From contig CAZBPK010000022.1 of the NCBI GenBank assembly GCA_964493765.1, forward strand, positions 9,958-73,957: a stretch of DNA of 64,000 bases. Direction: 5' to 3'. Under the pieces are notes generated by a model. That model ran no database searches, had not been told where the DNA came from, and was given only the letters and a program-made list of their open reading frames with translations. Positions 8,220-19,465 of the stretch are shown here, piece after piece; position 1 is the stretch's first letter; every line of letters starts with the position of its first letter. Made by a program: the position numbers and the translations under genes. Source of the DNA: an uncultured Bacteroidia bacterium. Lineage in GTDB: Bacteria; Bacteroidota; Bacteroidia; J057; CALLMJ01.

Positions 8220-10918
8220 TTAAGGTTTAATAACAGTAATCCTAAAATCCATTCCCATATAATTTGTCAATGGAGCTCTATTGAATACAATGAATCGTAT
8301 TTCGTTTGTTCTTGCTTCAACGTGTTCAATAACAACGCTAGGCGCTGTGCCCCAGTCTCCAACTAAATTAACAAATACCGCATCGGTAGACTGAAGCCCT
8401 GGCAAAAACCCAGTAATAGTGTAACGAGTGTTTGCGTTAATATTGGTAGGTGGATAATACCAAAGACTAATATTTTGGTTTACTGTTTTTATCCATCTTG
8501 TTCCATTCCAGTAATAGTATCCAGGAGATACATCATTGGGATAGGTGCCTGAAGTAGCAGTATTATAAACAATTAATCCTGTTGCGGGAGCAGTTACAGG
8601 AGCAGGGTTGTTGGAAGCTATTAAACTCACTCTGGGAGCTAAGAATCCTTTATTTGTAGAACTTACATCTAAAATCGCAGAAGCATCAGGAGTTCCTGTT
8701 CCAATACCTACATTACCATTAGAAGCAATACGCATTCTTTCTGCTCCATTAGTAGAAAAGCCTAATTCATCAATAGAAGCTCTAAATAAGCCTATATCAG
8801 AATCAGATTCCCAAGAATAAAAAGGGGCATTTGCAGTACCATTCGCTAAACCAAACACTTGATTTCCATTAGCAATACGGAATCGAGCTGTGTTGTTGGT
8901 TCTAAAAGTGAGTGGTTGTGCATCGGTTGTACCCACAAAGTTTACAGCTGCATCAGTACCAGCGTTTCCAAGTAACGCCCAATCATTTCCTGCACCATCT
9001 GTTAATCTTACCCATTCTGTGCCATTCCAATAATAATAACCGGGAGTTACTGCATTGATACCAGTCCCTGCAGTTGCTGTATTATAAACCAATAAGCTAT
9101 TGACGATACTCGCCCCAATAGGTGCGTTATTATTTCTTGCCACTAGGGCTACATTAGGGATTCTTACTCCTCTGTTATTGGCATTGACATCCAAAATAGC
9201 TGCATTAGATGGGGTTGTGTTGATACCTACATTACCTCCTGAAGTAACACGCATTTTCTCAGTATTATTAGTTCTTGTTACAAAGTCTTGGTTATCGGTG
9301 GTACCAATAAAATTGACGTTGGGGTCAGTACCTGCATTTCCTAGTAAAGTCCAATCGTTTGTAACATTGTCTATAAGTCTTACCCACTCTGTACCATTCC
9401 AATAATAATAGCCCGGAGTAACAGCATTCGCACCAGTCCCAGCAGTTGCTGTATTATACACTAATAAGCTATTAACGATACCTGCCCCAATAGGAGCGTT
9501 GTTATTTCTTGCCACTAGTGAACATTAGGTATTCTAATTCCTCTGTTGTTTGCATTGACATCCAAAATAGCTGCATTAGATGGGGTTGTGTTGATACCCA
9601 CATTGCCGCCAGAAGTTACACGCATTTTCTCAGTATTATTAGTTCTTGTTACAAAGTCTTGGTTATCGGTGGTACCTATAAAATTGACGTTGGGGTCAGT
9701 ACCTGCATTTCCTAGTAAAGTCCAATCGTTTGTAACATTGTCTATGAGTCTTACCCACTCTGTACCATTCCAATAATAATAGCCCGGAGTTACTGCATTG
9801 ATACCAGTCCCTGCAGTTGCTGTATTATACACTAATAAGCTATTAACGATACCTGCCCCAATAGGAGCGTTGTTATTTCTTGCCACTAGTGCAACATTAG
9901 GTATTCTAATTCCTTTGTTGTTTGCATTGACATCCAAAATAGCTGCATTAGATGGGGTTGTATTGATACCCACATTACCACCAGAAGTAACACGCATTTG
10001 TTACGTATTATTAGTTAGTGTTACGAAGTCTTGGTTATCGGTGGTACCAGTAAAATTGACGTTGGGGTCAGTACCTTCATTTCCTAGTAAAGTCCAATCG
10101 TTTGTAACAGTGTCTATAAGTCGTACCCACTCTGTACCAGTCCAATAATAATGGCCCGGAGTAACAGCATTCGCACCAGTCGCAGCAGTTGCTGTATTAT
10201 ACACTAATAAGCTATTGACGATACCTGCCCCAATAGGAGCGTTGTTATTTCTTGCCACTAGTGCAACATTAGGGATTCTAATTCCTCTGTTGTTTGCATT
10301 GACATCCAAAATAGCTGCATTAGATGGGGTTGTGTTGATACCCACATTGCCACCAGAAGTTACACGAACTCTTTCTGTACCACTTGTAGAAAGCCCAAGT
10401 TCATCTGCACCAGGATTAAATAAACCTGTATTAGCATCATTTTCCCAAGAATAAAAAGGAGCAGTTGCAGAGCCTCCGTTTAAACCAAACACTTGATTTC
10501 CATTAGCAATACGGAATCTAGCTGTGTTGTTGGTTCTAAAAGTTAATGCTTGTGCATCTGTTGTACCTACAAAATTATTATTGGAATTAGTTCCTAAATT
10601 TCCATTTATAAACCAAGCATCAGTAGCACCTCCAGCAGAAATACTCACCCATTTTGTTCCATCCCAATAATAAAATCCAGGAATTACATCATTTATTGTA
10701 GCTTGATTATAAACTAATAAACTCACCGCAGGGTTGGTAACAGGTGCAGGGTTAGTCGTAGCCACTAAATTTACACGAGGAATTAATACTCCTTTATCAG
10801 TGGAGACTACATCTAAACGTGCAGAAGCATCAGGGTTCAAAGTACCTATACCTACGCCTTGATTTTGAGCAAAAACTAACGAACTGCAAAATACGAATAG
10901 TATTAAACTTTTTTTCAT
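8220..10918 (-). pseudogene. Repetitive surface/tail-fibre-like repeat protein gene, disrupted (or misassembled)
   Basis: Three consecutive ORFs (10001-10978, 9515-9997, 8220-9515) form one reading frame family. The signal peptide MKKSLILFVFCSSLVFAQ starts at ATG 10918. Repeated modules read GNVGI.T..P....LDV.....G...P...L......AP.G..V.SLLVYNT......PG.YYWNGTEW. There is an in-frame TAA at 10001-10003, where sister repeats read gag-aaa (TEK). One nt is missing between 9520 and 9521 (gtgaacatt versus gtgcaacatt in sister repeats). Confidence 0.75.
8975..10375 (-). repeat. Tandem array of about 3.8 near-identical units of 369-370 bp (123 codons) inside the repeat-protein gene
   Basis: The same string (ggagt.ac.gcatt...ccagtccc.gcagttgctgtattata.ac.aataagctatt.acgata...gccccaatagg.gcgtt.ttatttcttgccactag) recurs at about 9041, 9412, 9786 and 10156, with only scattered substitutions. 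Confidence 0.9.
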
Positions 10919-11053
10919 AACTATTGTGTTGCTATTTAAAGAATTTTCAAAAATAAATGTAGTTTCATTACAATGCAACTAAAATTTTATTTTTTTTTAA
11001 AAGAAATTTTCATCAATTGTGGATTCACTTTATTTTATTGTAAGATTTTATCA

Positions 11054-11184
11054 TTTGGGCGTTCCCCTCACTACATTCGGGTCGGGCTGGCTACGGGTTT
11101 CACTTCGTTTCAGCAATCCTTTTTCCACTTTTTTCAAAAGTAGAAAAAGGCAGTGCCACTTCGTGCCCTTCGCATCCCTAACGC
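11054..11184 (+). repeat. GC-rich REP/MITE-like intergenic repeat, copy 2
   Basis: tttgggcgttcccctcactacattcgggtcgggctggctacgggtttcacttcgtttcagcaatcctttttccacttttttcaaaagtagaaaaaggcagtgccacttcgtgcccttcgcatccctaacgc. Confidence 0.9.
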
Positions 11185-11210
11185 TTACTTACCATTACTG
11201 CCTCTTTCTT

Positions 11211-11948
11211 TTAAGCTACTAACTCAGATATTTTTACAAATTCTTCAATGGATAGCTGTTCAGGTCTTAAAGTTTTATAATTTTCTGGTAATTCTGAAAT
11301 TATGGATTTTAAGCTATTCCCTAACATTTTCCTTCTTTGTTGAAATGCAGTTTTAACAATTTTAAAAAGTTTATCTTGTTGAAAATTAGGTATATTATGC
11401 TTTTTTTTGAGCGTAATTACGGCGGAATCTACTTTGGGCGGTGGAAAAAAAGCCCCTGGTTTTACTTGAAATTCTAATTTAGGTTCATAATATAATCCTA
11501 ATAAAACCGATAGAATTCCATAAGTTTTAGAGCCTGGTTTCGCTGTGATTCTTTCTGCAACTTCTTTTTGTATCATTACGGCAGCAAAATCAATTTTTTC
11601 ATAATTTTCAATAATGCGAAAAAAAATAGGAGACGAAATGTTATAAGGTAAATTTCCTATTAAGAAAATGGGGCTATCAGGAAAGCAGTAGGTTAAAATA
11701 TCTTGTTCAAGAATAGTGAGATTGGTAGAAGTAAAATGCTTTTTGAGGTATTCAATAGATTCTGAATCAATATCTAAAGCAAAAACGGAATTAGGTAATT
11801 CTTGTAGGAATTGGGTTAAAATACCTTTACCGGGACCCACTTCGATAATGGTGTGTGCATCAGATGGGGGTAAAAGGTTTACAATTTTTTGAGCAGTATG
11901 AGGCTGAATAAGAAAATGCTGCCCTAGATGCTTTTTGGGTTTAACCAT
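11211..11948 (-). CDS. rsmA: 16S rRNA (adenine1518/1519-N6)-dimethyltransferase RsmA/KsgA
   Basis: MVKPKKHLGQHFLIQPHTAQKIV..., SAM motif IIEVGPGKGILTQ, GNLPYNISSPIFF. Confidence 0.92.
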   Translation of the reverse strand: MVKPKKHLGQHFLIQPHTAQKIVNLLPPSDAHTIIEVGPGKGILTQFLQELPNSVFALDIDSESIEYLKKHFTSTNLTILEQDILTYCFPDSPIFLIGNLPYNISSPIFFRIIENYEKIDFAAVMIQKEVAERITAKPGSKTYGILSVLLGLYYEPKLEFQVKPGAFFPPPKVDSAVITLKKKHNIPNFQQDKLFKIVKTAFQQRRKMLGNSLKSIISELPENYKTLRPEQLSIEEFVKISELVA

Positions 11949-11959
11949 AATGATGATGT

Positions 11960-11990
11960 AAAAAAGAAAAGCAGGCTTTTAAATGCCTGC
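11960..11990 (-). terminator. Rho-independent terminator downstream of tRNA-Pro
   Basis: On the minus strand: GCAGGC-atttaaaa-GCCTGC followed by ttttctttttt. Confidence 0.65.
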
Positions 11991-12000
11991 AATGTTATTG

Positions 12001-12072
12001 TCGGAATGGCGGGACTTGAACCCACGACCTCTTGCACCCCAAGCAAGTGCGCTACCTCTGCGCTACATCCCG
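12001..12072 (-). tRNA. tRNA-Pro (anticodon GGG)
   Basis: Hand-folded cloverleaf on the minus strand: acceptor CGGGATG/CATTCCG (one G-U), D arm GCGC-agaggta-GCGC, anticodon arm CTTGC-ttGGGgt-GCAAG, T arm GTGGG-ttcaagt-CCCGC, discriminator A. No encoded CCA. Confidence 0.9.
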
Positions 12073-12140
12073 AACTCAATTTTTGGACTGCAAAATTAAA
12101 TATGCTTCTTTTCAAAAACAAATTTTTTTTAATTATTTTA

Positions 12141-13298
12141 TTAATGAAGCCAAGATAAATAATATTCTTTTACCTCAATTTGTTCTGAGATATCCGTTAA
12201 CCATAGTGGTTTAAAGGTATCAATCATAACGGCTAATTCTAAGGTTTCTTTAGCACCAATGCTTTTTTCTATAGTACCCGGATGAGGACCATGAGGAATA
12301 CCCATAGGGTGTAATGTAATTTGCCCTTTTTCTACATTGTTTCTACTCATAAAATCTCCATCTACATAATAGAGCACTTCATCAGAATCTATATTGGAAT
12401 GATGATAAGGAGCAGGAATGGCTAATGGGTGGTAATCAAATAATCTAGGAACAAAAGAACATATCACGAAGTTATGAGCTTCAAAGGTTTGATGCACAGG
12501 AGGCGGCTGATGTACACGACCGGTTATGGGTTCAAAATCGTGTATAGAAAATTTATAAGGATAAAAACAACCATCCCAGCCTACATAGTCAAAAGGATGG
12601 TTTCCATAAATATAAGGATATAAAATGTCTTCTTTTTTGATATATACTAAAAATTCCCCTTTTTCGTCATGGGTGATTAATTCGGAAGGTCCATGAATAT
12701 CTCTTTCATAAAAGGGGCTATGTTCTAATAATTGTCCGAATTTATTCATGTACCTTTTGGGAAATTCTACAGGACTAAAACTTTCTATGATTAATAACCG
12801 ATTATCGGGAGTATCAAAATGCAATTGATAAATGGTTCCTCTAGGGATATGTACATAGTCGCCATATTCAAATTTTAGATTTCCGAAGGGTGAAAGTAAA
12901 GTTCCTGAACCTTTGTGAATAAATAGGATTTCATCTGCTTGAGCATTCTTAAAAAAATAATCTTTTTGAGAAGCTGAAGGTGCAGCCAAAGAAATTTGAA
13001 CATCGTTATTTAATAAAACCGTTTTACGACTTTTTAAATAATCTTTTTCAGGGGCAATGTTCCAACCTTTATAAGACCTGTGCTGCATATTATGCATTTG
13101 CAACACCGTAGGTTTATAAGGTATAGGATTTCCTATGGATTTAACAATTGTAGGTGGATATACGTGATAAGCCAATGAATACAGGTTAGAAAAACCTTCA
13201 CTGCTAATTAGTTCTTCATGATATAAAGAGCCATTTGAATTTCTAAATTGCACATGTCTTTTGTTGGGAATATTACCCATTTTTTTGTAATAAGGCAT
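12141..13298 (-). CDS. hmgA: Homogentisate 1,2-dioxygenase
   Basis: 385 aa. MPYYKKMGNIPNKRHVQFRNSNGSLYHEELISSEGFSNLYSLAYH... and the C-terminal HPMGIPHGPHPG are typical of bacterial HmgA. Confidence 0.88.
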   Translation of the reverse strand: MPYYKKMGNIPNKRHVQFRNSNGSLYHEELISSEGFSNLYSLAYHVYPPTIVKSIGNPIPYKPTVLQMHNMQHRSYKGWNIAPEKDYLKSRKTVLLNNDVQISLAAPSASQKDYFFKNAQADEILFIHKGSGTLLSPFGNLKFEYGDYVHIPRGTIYQLHFDTPDNRLLIIESFSPVEFPKRYMNKFGQLLEHSPFYERDIHGPSELITHDEKGEFLVYIKKEDILYPYIYGNHPFDYVGWDGCFYPYKFSIHDFEPITGRVHQPPPVHQTFEAHNFVICSFVPRLFDYHPLAIPAPYHHSNIDSDEVLYYVDGDFMSRNNVEKGQITLHPMGIPHGPHPGTIEKSIGAKETLELAVMIDTFKPLWLTDISEQIEVKEYYLSWLH

Positions 13299-13435
13299 AA
13301 CTTTAAGGTTTCTGCAAATATAGAAAATTTTTAAATTCTCAAAATAAAATCTATAAATATTTAATCAAAGTAAATAAGAAGTAAAAATAAACCTATGAAT
13401 AGAACTAGTAGTGGTAAGTTTGTTAAACTTTTTTA

Positions 13436-15361
13436 TTAAAGTTGATGAACGGCAATCATATTTTTTACTGTTTGGATAACCGCCGTTTCATCATAAAAAC
13501 ATTCTTGATAAAGTTGTTTTTGTGTACCATGTTCAATGACTTTATCTGGAGCACCTAATCTTTTTAGTGGTATTAGATACTGGTTATCAGCCATAAACTC
13601 TAAAACTGCAGAACCAAAACCACCCATTAAGCAACCGTCTTCAATGGTTATAATTGCAGAATAGTTCTTGCAAATAAAGTGTAAAAGATCCTCATCTGTG
13701 GGTTTTACAAATCGCATGTCATATAATGAAGGGTAAATACCCTCTTGATTTAATTTTTGAATAGCCTCTAATGCTATATTTCCAATATGACCAATAGATA
13801 AAATTGCAATGTTTTCTCCTTCAATAACATTTCTTCCTTTACCGATTTGTATTAACTCAAAATCTTTTTTCCAGTCTATAATAACTCCTTCACCACGAGG
13901 ATAGCGAATAACAAATGGATGTTGATTAGAATCGTGGGCAGCGGTGTACATTAAGTTACGTAATTCAATCTCATTCATTGGAGCAGACACAATAAGATTA
14001 GGAATACAACGCATATAAGCCAAATCATATAAACCATGATGGGTTGCTCCATCTGCTCCTACTAATCCTCCCCTGTCTAAACAAAAAATTACTTTTAAAT
14101 CTTGGATAGCAACATCATGAATCACTTGGTCATAGGCTCTTTGCATGAAAGAAGAATAAATATTACAAAAAGGAATTAATCCCTGAGTTGCAAGCCCTGC
14201 TGAAAAAGTTACTGCGTGCTGTTCTGCAATACCCACATCAAAAGCTCTATGGGGCATCACTTCCATCATCAAATTTAAACTAGAACCAGAAGGCATCGCG
14301 GGAGTAATTCCCATAATTCTTTCATCTTTTTTTGCTAGTTCAATAATAGTTTCTCCAAAAACGGTTTGATATTTTGGAGGTTTGGCTTCACCAAGATTTT
14401 TCGGTTTAAAAAGTTCTCCTGTTAAAGGATTGAATTTATAAGAGGGAGCATGCCAAAAAGTTTGGTCTTTTTCCGCAGGTTCAAAGCCTTTTCCTTTTAC
14501 TGTAACAATATGCAATAATTTTGGTCCTTTGATTTCTTTTAAATCTTTTAAAATATGGACTAAATGCAAAACATCATGACCATCAATAGGTCCGAAATAT
14601 CGAAAGCCTAAATTTTCAAATAATATACCGGGGCGAGTAGCCGAAGCTGTAAAATAGGCTTCTAACTTGGAAGCAATTTTCCTAGCATCAGGGCCAAATT
14701 TCTGAACTTTTCCTAACCAATTCCAAACTTCTTCACGAATTTTATTGTAGGTTTTAGAAGTTGTAATATCAATTAAATAGTCTTTTAAAGCCCCAACGTT
14801 AGGATCAATAGACATGCAATTGTCATTAAGAACCACAAGCAAATCAGCATCTTTTAAAGAACCCGCATGATTTAATCCTTCAAAAGCTAAACCTGCTGTC
14901 ATGGCTCCGTCCCCAATAATTGCTACTTGCTTAGTGTTTTTGTTCTTATAATGATTAGCTACAGCCATTCCTAATGCTGCTGAAATTGATGTAGAGGAAT
15001 GCCCCACGCCAAAAGTATCGTACTCTGATTCTGTTCTTTTAGGGAAACCCGAAATTCCACCATATATTCTGTTGGTATGAAATTGTTCTTTTCTACCGGT
15101 TATAATTTTATGACCATAAGCCTGATGCCCTACATCCCAAACCAATAAATCTTCAGGTGTATTATACACGTAATGTAAAGCAGTGGTTAATTCTACTACT
15201 CCAAGGCTTGCACCAAAATGCCCTCCATAAATAGAACAATGCTCAATAATATATTGTCGTAATTCTTCACAAAATTTGATTAAGTCCGCTTCGGGTAAAC
15301 GTCTTAAATCTTGTGGATTTTTATATGAGCTGAGAAAAAGTTCAGGCTTATGATTTTCCAT
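13436..15361 (-). CDS. dxs: 1-deoxy-D-xylulose-5-phosphate synthase
   Basis: 641 aa. GGHFGASLGVVELTTALHYV, TPP motif IIGDGAMTAGLAFEGLNHAG, transketolase-like C-terminal half. Confidence 0.95.
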   Translation of the reverse strand: MENHKPELFLSSYKNPQDLRRLPEADLIKFCEELRQYIIEHCSIYGGHFGASLGVVELTTALHYVYNTPEDLLVWDVGHQAYGHKIITGRKEQFHTNRIYGGISGFPKRTESEYDTFGVGHSSTSISAALGMAVANHYKNKNTKQVAIIGDGAMTAGLAFEGLNHAGSLKDADLLVVLNDNCMSIDPNVGALKDYLIDITTSKTYNKIREEVWNWLGKVQKFGPDARKIASKLEAYFTASATRPGILFENLGFRYFGPIDGHDVLHLVHILKDLKEIKGPKLLHIVTVKGKGFEPAEKDQTFWHAPSYKFNPLTGELFKPKNLGEAKPPKYQTVFGETIIELAKKDERIMGITPAMPSGSSLNLMMEVMPHRAFDVGIAEQHAVTFSAGLATQGLIPFCNIYSSFMQRAYDQVIHDVAIQDLKVIFCLDRGGLVGADGATHHGLYDLAYMRCIPNLIVSAPMNEIELRNLMYTAAHDSNQHPFVIRYPRGEGVIIDWKKDFELIQIGKGRNVIEGENIAILSIGHIGNIALEAIQKLNQEGIYPSLYDMRFVKPTDEDLLHFICKNYSAIITIEDGCLMGGFGSAVLEFMADNQYLIPLKRLGAPDKVIEHGTQKQLYQECFYDETAVIQTVKNMIAVHQL

Positions 15362-15549
15362 TTTTAAAAAACGAACAACAAAGATAATTATTTTTCTAAA
15401 ACAAAGACTTAAAACAAAAAATTCCTTTTAAAAGTAGTAACGTTAGGGCATAAATAGTGCCTTAATAAACAAAAGATAACATATTAATGAAGAGTGGTAT
15501 GAATGCGAAATAAAAAAATTTCAAAAAATAAAGAAAAAAAATGGATATT

Positions 15550-15581
15550 TTTGGAAAGAATGTAAAATGGTCGTAACTTGC
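15550..15581 (+). promoter_or_regulatory. Putative Bacteroidota-type promoter for atpDC
   Basis: TTTG (15550-15553), a 20-nt spacer, then TAACTTGC (15574-15581). This is one mismatch to the TAnnTTTG -7 consensus and lies about 30 nt upstream of the atpD ATG. Confidence 0.3.
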
Positions 15582-15593
15582 GGCGATTTTTAA

Positions 15594-17129
<1,536 letters not shown>

Positions 17130-17131
17130 TC

Positions 17132-17389
17132 ATGAAAAAACTGAAAGTAGTTTTTGTTACTCCAGAAGGAAAATTATTTGATGGAGAAGCGAATTATGTA
17201 AATATTCCAGGAAGTAATGGCAGCTTTGGAGTTTATCCAGACCATGCTGCTTTAATTTCTACTTTACAAAATGGTAAAGTTGAAATATCCACAAATCAAG
17301 AGATAAAGTCTTTTAATGTGGATAGTGGAGTAGTAGAGGTTCTTAATAATCAAGTATCTATTTTAGTAGAAAAGTTGGTTCATGCCTAA
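17132..17389 (+). CDS. atpC: F0F1 ATP synthase subunit epsilon
   Basis: 85 aa, starts 2 nt after atpD. Beta-sandwich N-terminal domain pattern (VVFVTPEGKLFDGEANYVNIPGSNGSFGVYPDHAALISTL). Confidence 0.85.
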   Translation: MKKLKVVFVTPEGKLFDGEANYVNIPGSNGSFGVYPDHAALISTLQNGKVEISTNQEIKSFNVDSGVVEVLNNQVSILVEKLVHA

Positions 17390-18242
17390 AGTTTCGGTTG
17401 TAATACCTGCTTATAATGCAGAAAAATTTATTGCTGAGACCATCCAATCAGTATTAAATCAAACCTATAAAGACTTTGAACTTATTGTATTAAATGATGG
17501 CTCAAAAGACAAAACTCCTGATATTGTTCAGGAGTTTTGCAATAATGATAGCAGAGTAATTTTAATTAATAAGCCCAACACCGGAGTTTCTGATACTAGA
17601 AATTTAGGAATGGGAACCGCTAAAGGCGAATATATTGCTCTTTTAGATGCTGACGACTTATTCTTGCCTTCTTATATTGAAAAAAAATTATCTTTTTTAG
17701 AACAAAATCCTGACTATCATTTTGTATATTCTGATTTTATTGATATTGATGAATCGGGTAAAGAAAACGAAATTGAAATAATCCAATGGTCGGAAAATAA
17801 TTTTCAAGCCATATTAGAATGGAGAGGTATTACTACCTGTCCTTCTAATATATTTTTTAGAACGACTTGTTTAAAGAAAAATATATCTTTCTCAAAAGAA
17901 CTTTCTACTCTTGCTGATAAGCATTTCGTTTTGCAGTTATTTTTTTATTTTAAAGGTTATTCCATTCCAGAGCCTCTATGGAAATATAGAAATGTTCAAG
18001 GTAGCATGAGTAAAAGCTTATTAGTGCATGAAAAAGATAGTTTAAAAAGTATTCAACTTTATGATGAACTTGGCTTTTATCCTACAAAATCCTATAAAAA
18101 TTATTGTGCATCAAGAACTTATTTAATGCTCGCCGGCTCTTGGTGGAAAGAAGGAAATAATAAATTGCAAGGATTAAAATATATTTTCAAAAGTTTATTC
18201 ACTCATCCTAAACCATTATTAAAGAAAATTTTTAAATTTTAA
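17382..18242 (+). CDS. Family 2 glycosyltransferase
   Basis: VSVVIPAYNAEKFIAETIQSVLNQTY, DxD (LLDADD). Overlaps the atpC stop by 8 nt. Confidence 0.85.
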   Translation: MPKVSVVIPAYNAEKFIAETIQSVLNQTYKDFELIVLNDGSKDKTPDIVQEFCNNDSRVILINKPNTGVSDTRNLGMGTAKGEYIALLDADDLFLPSYIEKKLSFLEQNPDYHFVYSDFIDIDESGKENEIEIIQWSENNFQAILEWRGITTCPSNIFFRTTCLKKNISFSKELSTLADKHFVLQLFFYFKGYSIPEPLWKYRNVQGSMSKSLLVHEKDSLKSIQLYDELGFYPTKSYKNYCASRTYLMLAGSWWKEGNNKLQGLKYIFKSLFTHPKPLLKKIFKF

Positions 18243-19465
18243 TGAAAAATCAAAATGTTTTAGTGCTTACTTACTGGTCTTACAAAGAAGCATTAGTTCA
18301 GACTTATACATTGCCTTTTATTGAAATGATAAAAAAGGCAAGCCCAAGTTCTAAAATCTTCTTGGTTACTTTTGAACAAAAGCATCTAAAACTTTCTAAT
18401 GAGCAAATCCTATTAGAAAAAGAAAAACTGAAAAGTCTCAATATTGAGTGGATAGCTTTTCCATATTTTCATTTTGGGCTTACTTCTATTTTCGTAATAC
18501 TAAAAGCCGTTTTTCAACTGATATTTTTTATTTGGAAAAATAAAATTAGCCATATTCATGCTTTTTGTACACCTGCGGGCGCAATTGCTTATATTTTAAA
18601 AAAATTAACGTTTACTCGTTTAGTTATAGATAGTTATGAACCTCATGCAGAGGCTATGGTAGAAAATGGAGAATGGAGCATTCATTCTAAGGCATTTAAA
18701 ATATTGAATTTTTTTGAAAAATATCAAACGAAAGCCGCTTCCCATATTATTGCCACTACTTCAAAAATGAAAGATTATGCTAAAAATCGTTGGGGCTATG
18801 AAATACAGTCTTTTTTTGTTAAACCTGCAGGTGTAAATATAGAAAAATTTAATCCGCAAAATCTTAATAAAAATGATATACGTTCGCAATTGAATATACC
18901 CACCGATGCTGTAGTTTGTGTCTATATAGGAAAATTTGGTGGTATTTACTACAAAGAAGAAATTTTTCAATTTATTAAAGCAGCTCAAGATTATTGGAAA
19001 AACAAATTTTATTTTGTTGTTGGTACGCCTTTTCAAAGAAATGAATTTGAACAATTGGCTAATCAATATCAAATAAATTTAAATCAAGTATTATATCAGT
19101 CTTACATACCTCATGAAAAAGTTCCTGAGTTTTTAGCTGCAGCAGATTTTGGTTTAAATCCAGTTAAACCTTTGCCCACTAAAAGATACTGTACCTCTGT
19201 TAAAGATGGAGAATATTGGGCAATGGAACTTCCTGTTGTTATTCCTCCCAATATTTCTGATGATTCGGATTTTATACAACAAAAAAGAATAGGGGTTATA
19301 TGGGAAGATGCTTCTAATGAAGGATGTTTGAAAGCTTGTCAACAGATGGACGAACTATTACAATCTGATAAATTGCCTGAAATTAAAAAAGAGATTCGCA
19401 AACTAGCTATTGAAGTAAGAGAATTTAAAAACTTTGAAAAAATTTATCAAGCTATTTACGGTTAA
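18242..19465 (+). CDS. GT-B fold glycosyltransferase (GT4-like)
   Basis: 407 aa with a TAATG overlap onto the GT2 gene. The two-domain pattern fits group-1 glycosyltransferases, but this rests on weak motif-level evidence only. Confidence 0.5.
   Translation: MKNQNVLVLTYWSYKEALVQTYTLPFIEMIKKASPSSKIFLVTFEQKHLKLSNEQILLEKEKLKSLNIEWIAFPYFHFGLTSIFVILKAVFQLIFFIWKNKISHIHAFCTPAGAIAYILKKLTFTRLVIDSYEPHAEAMVENGEWSIHSKAFKILNFFEKYQTKAASHIIATTSKMKDYAKNRWGYEIQSFFVKPAGVNIEKFNPQNLNKNDIRSQLNIPTDAVVCVYIGKFGGIYYKEEIFQFIKAAQDYWKNKFYFVVGTPFQRNEFEQLANQYQINLNQVLYQSYIPHEKVPEFLAAADFGLNPVKPLPTKRYCTSVKDGEYWAMELPVVIPPNISDDSDFIQQKRIGVIWEDASNEGCLKACQQMDELLQSDKLPEIKKEIRKLAIEVREFKNFEKIYQAIYG

Noticed and set aside
8975-10375. 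Regularly spaced repeats considered as a possible CRISPR array.
   Set aside because: The units are about 370 bp, contiguous without unique spacers, and are clearly coding (123-aa protein repeats). No cas genes are present in the window.
8608-10454. Six plus-strand ORFs (8608-8820, 9100-9405, 9509-9715, 9546-9776, 9798-10148, 10215-10454) with mutually similar translations.
   Set aside because: They are antisense shadows of the minus-strand tandem-repeat gene. Their similarity only mirrors the 370-bp DNA repeats, and the Leu/Pro/Thr-rich composition is not protein-like.
11950-12140. tRNA-Pro as an integration site for a genomic island (the neighbouring repeat-protein gene looks tail-fibre-like).
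   Set aside because: I saw no integrase, no phage genes and no direct repeat of the tRNA 3' end elsewhere in the window. The flanking genes (rsmA, hmgA) are core.
11924-12214. ORFs 11924-12121 (-), 11928-12158 (+) and 12032-12214 (+).
   Set aside because: They overlap the tRNA-Pro gene, its terminator and the 3' end of hmgA, and show no coding signature.
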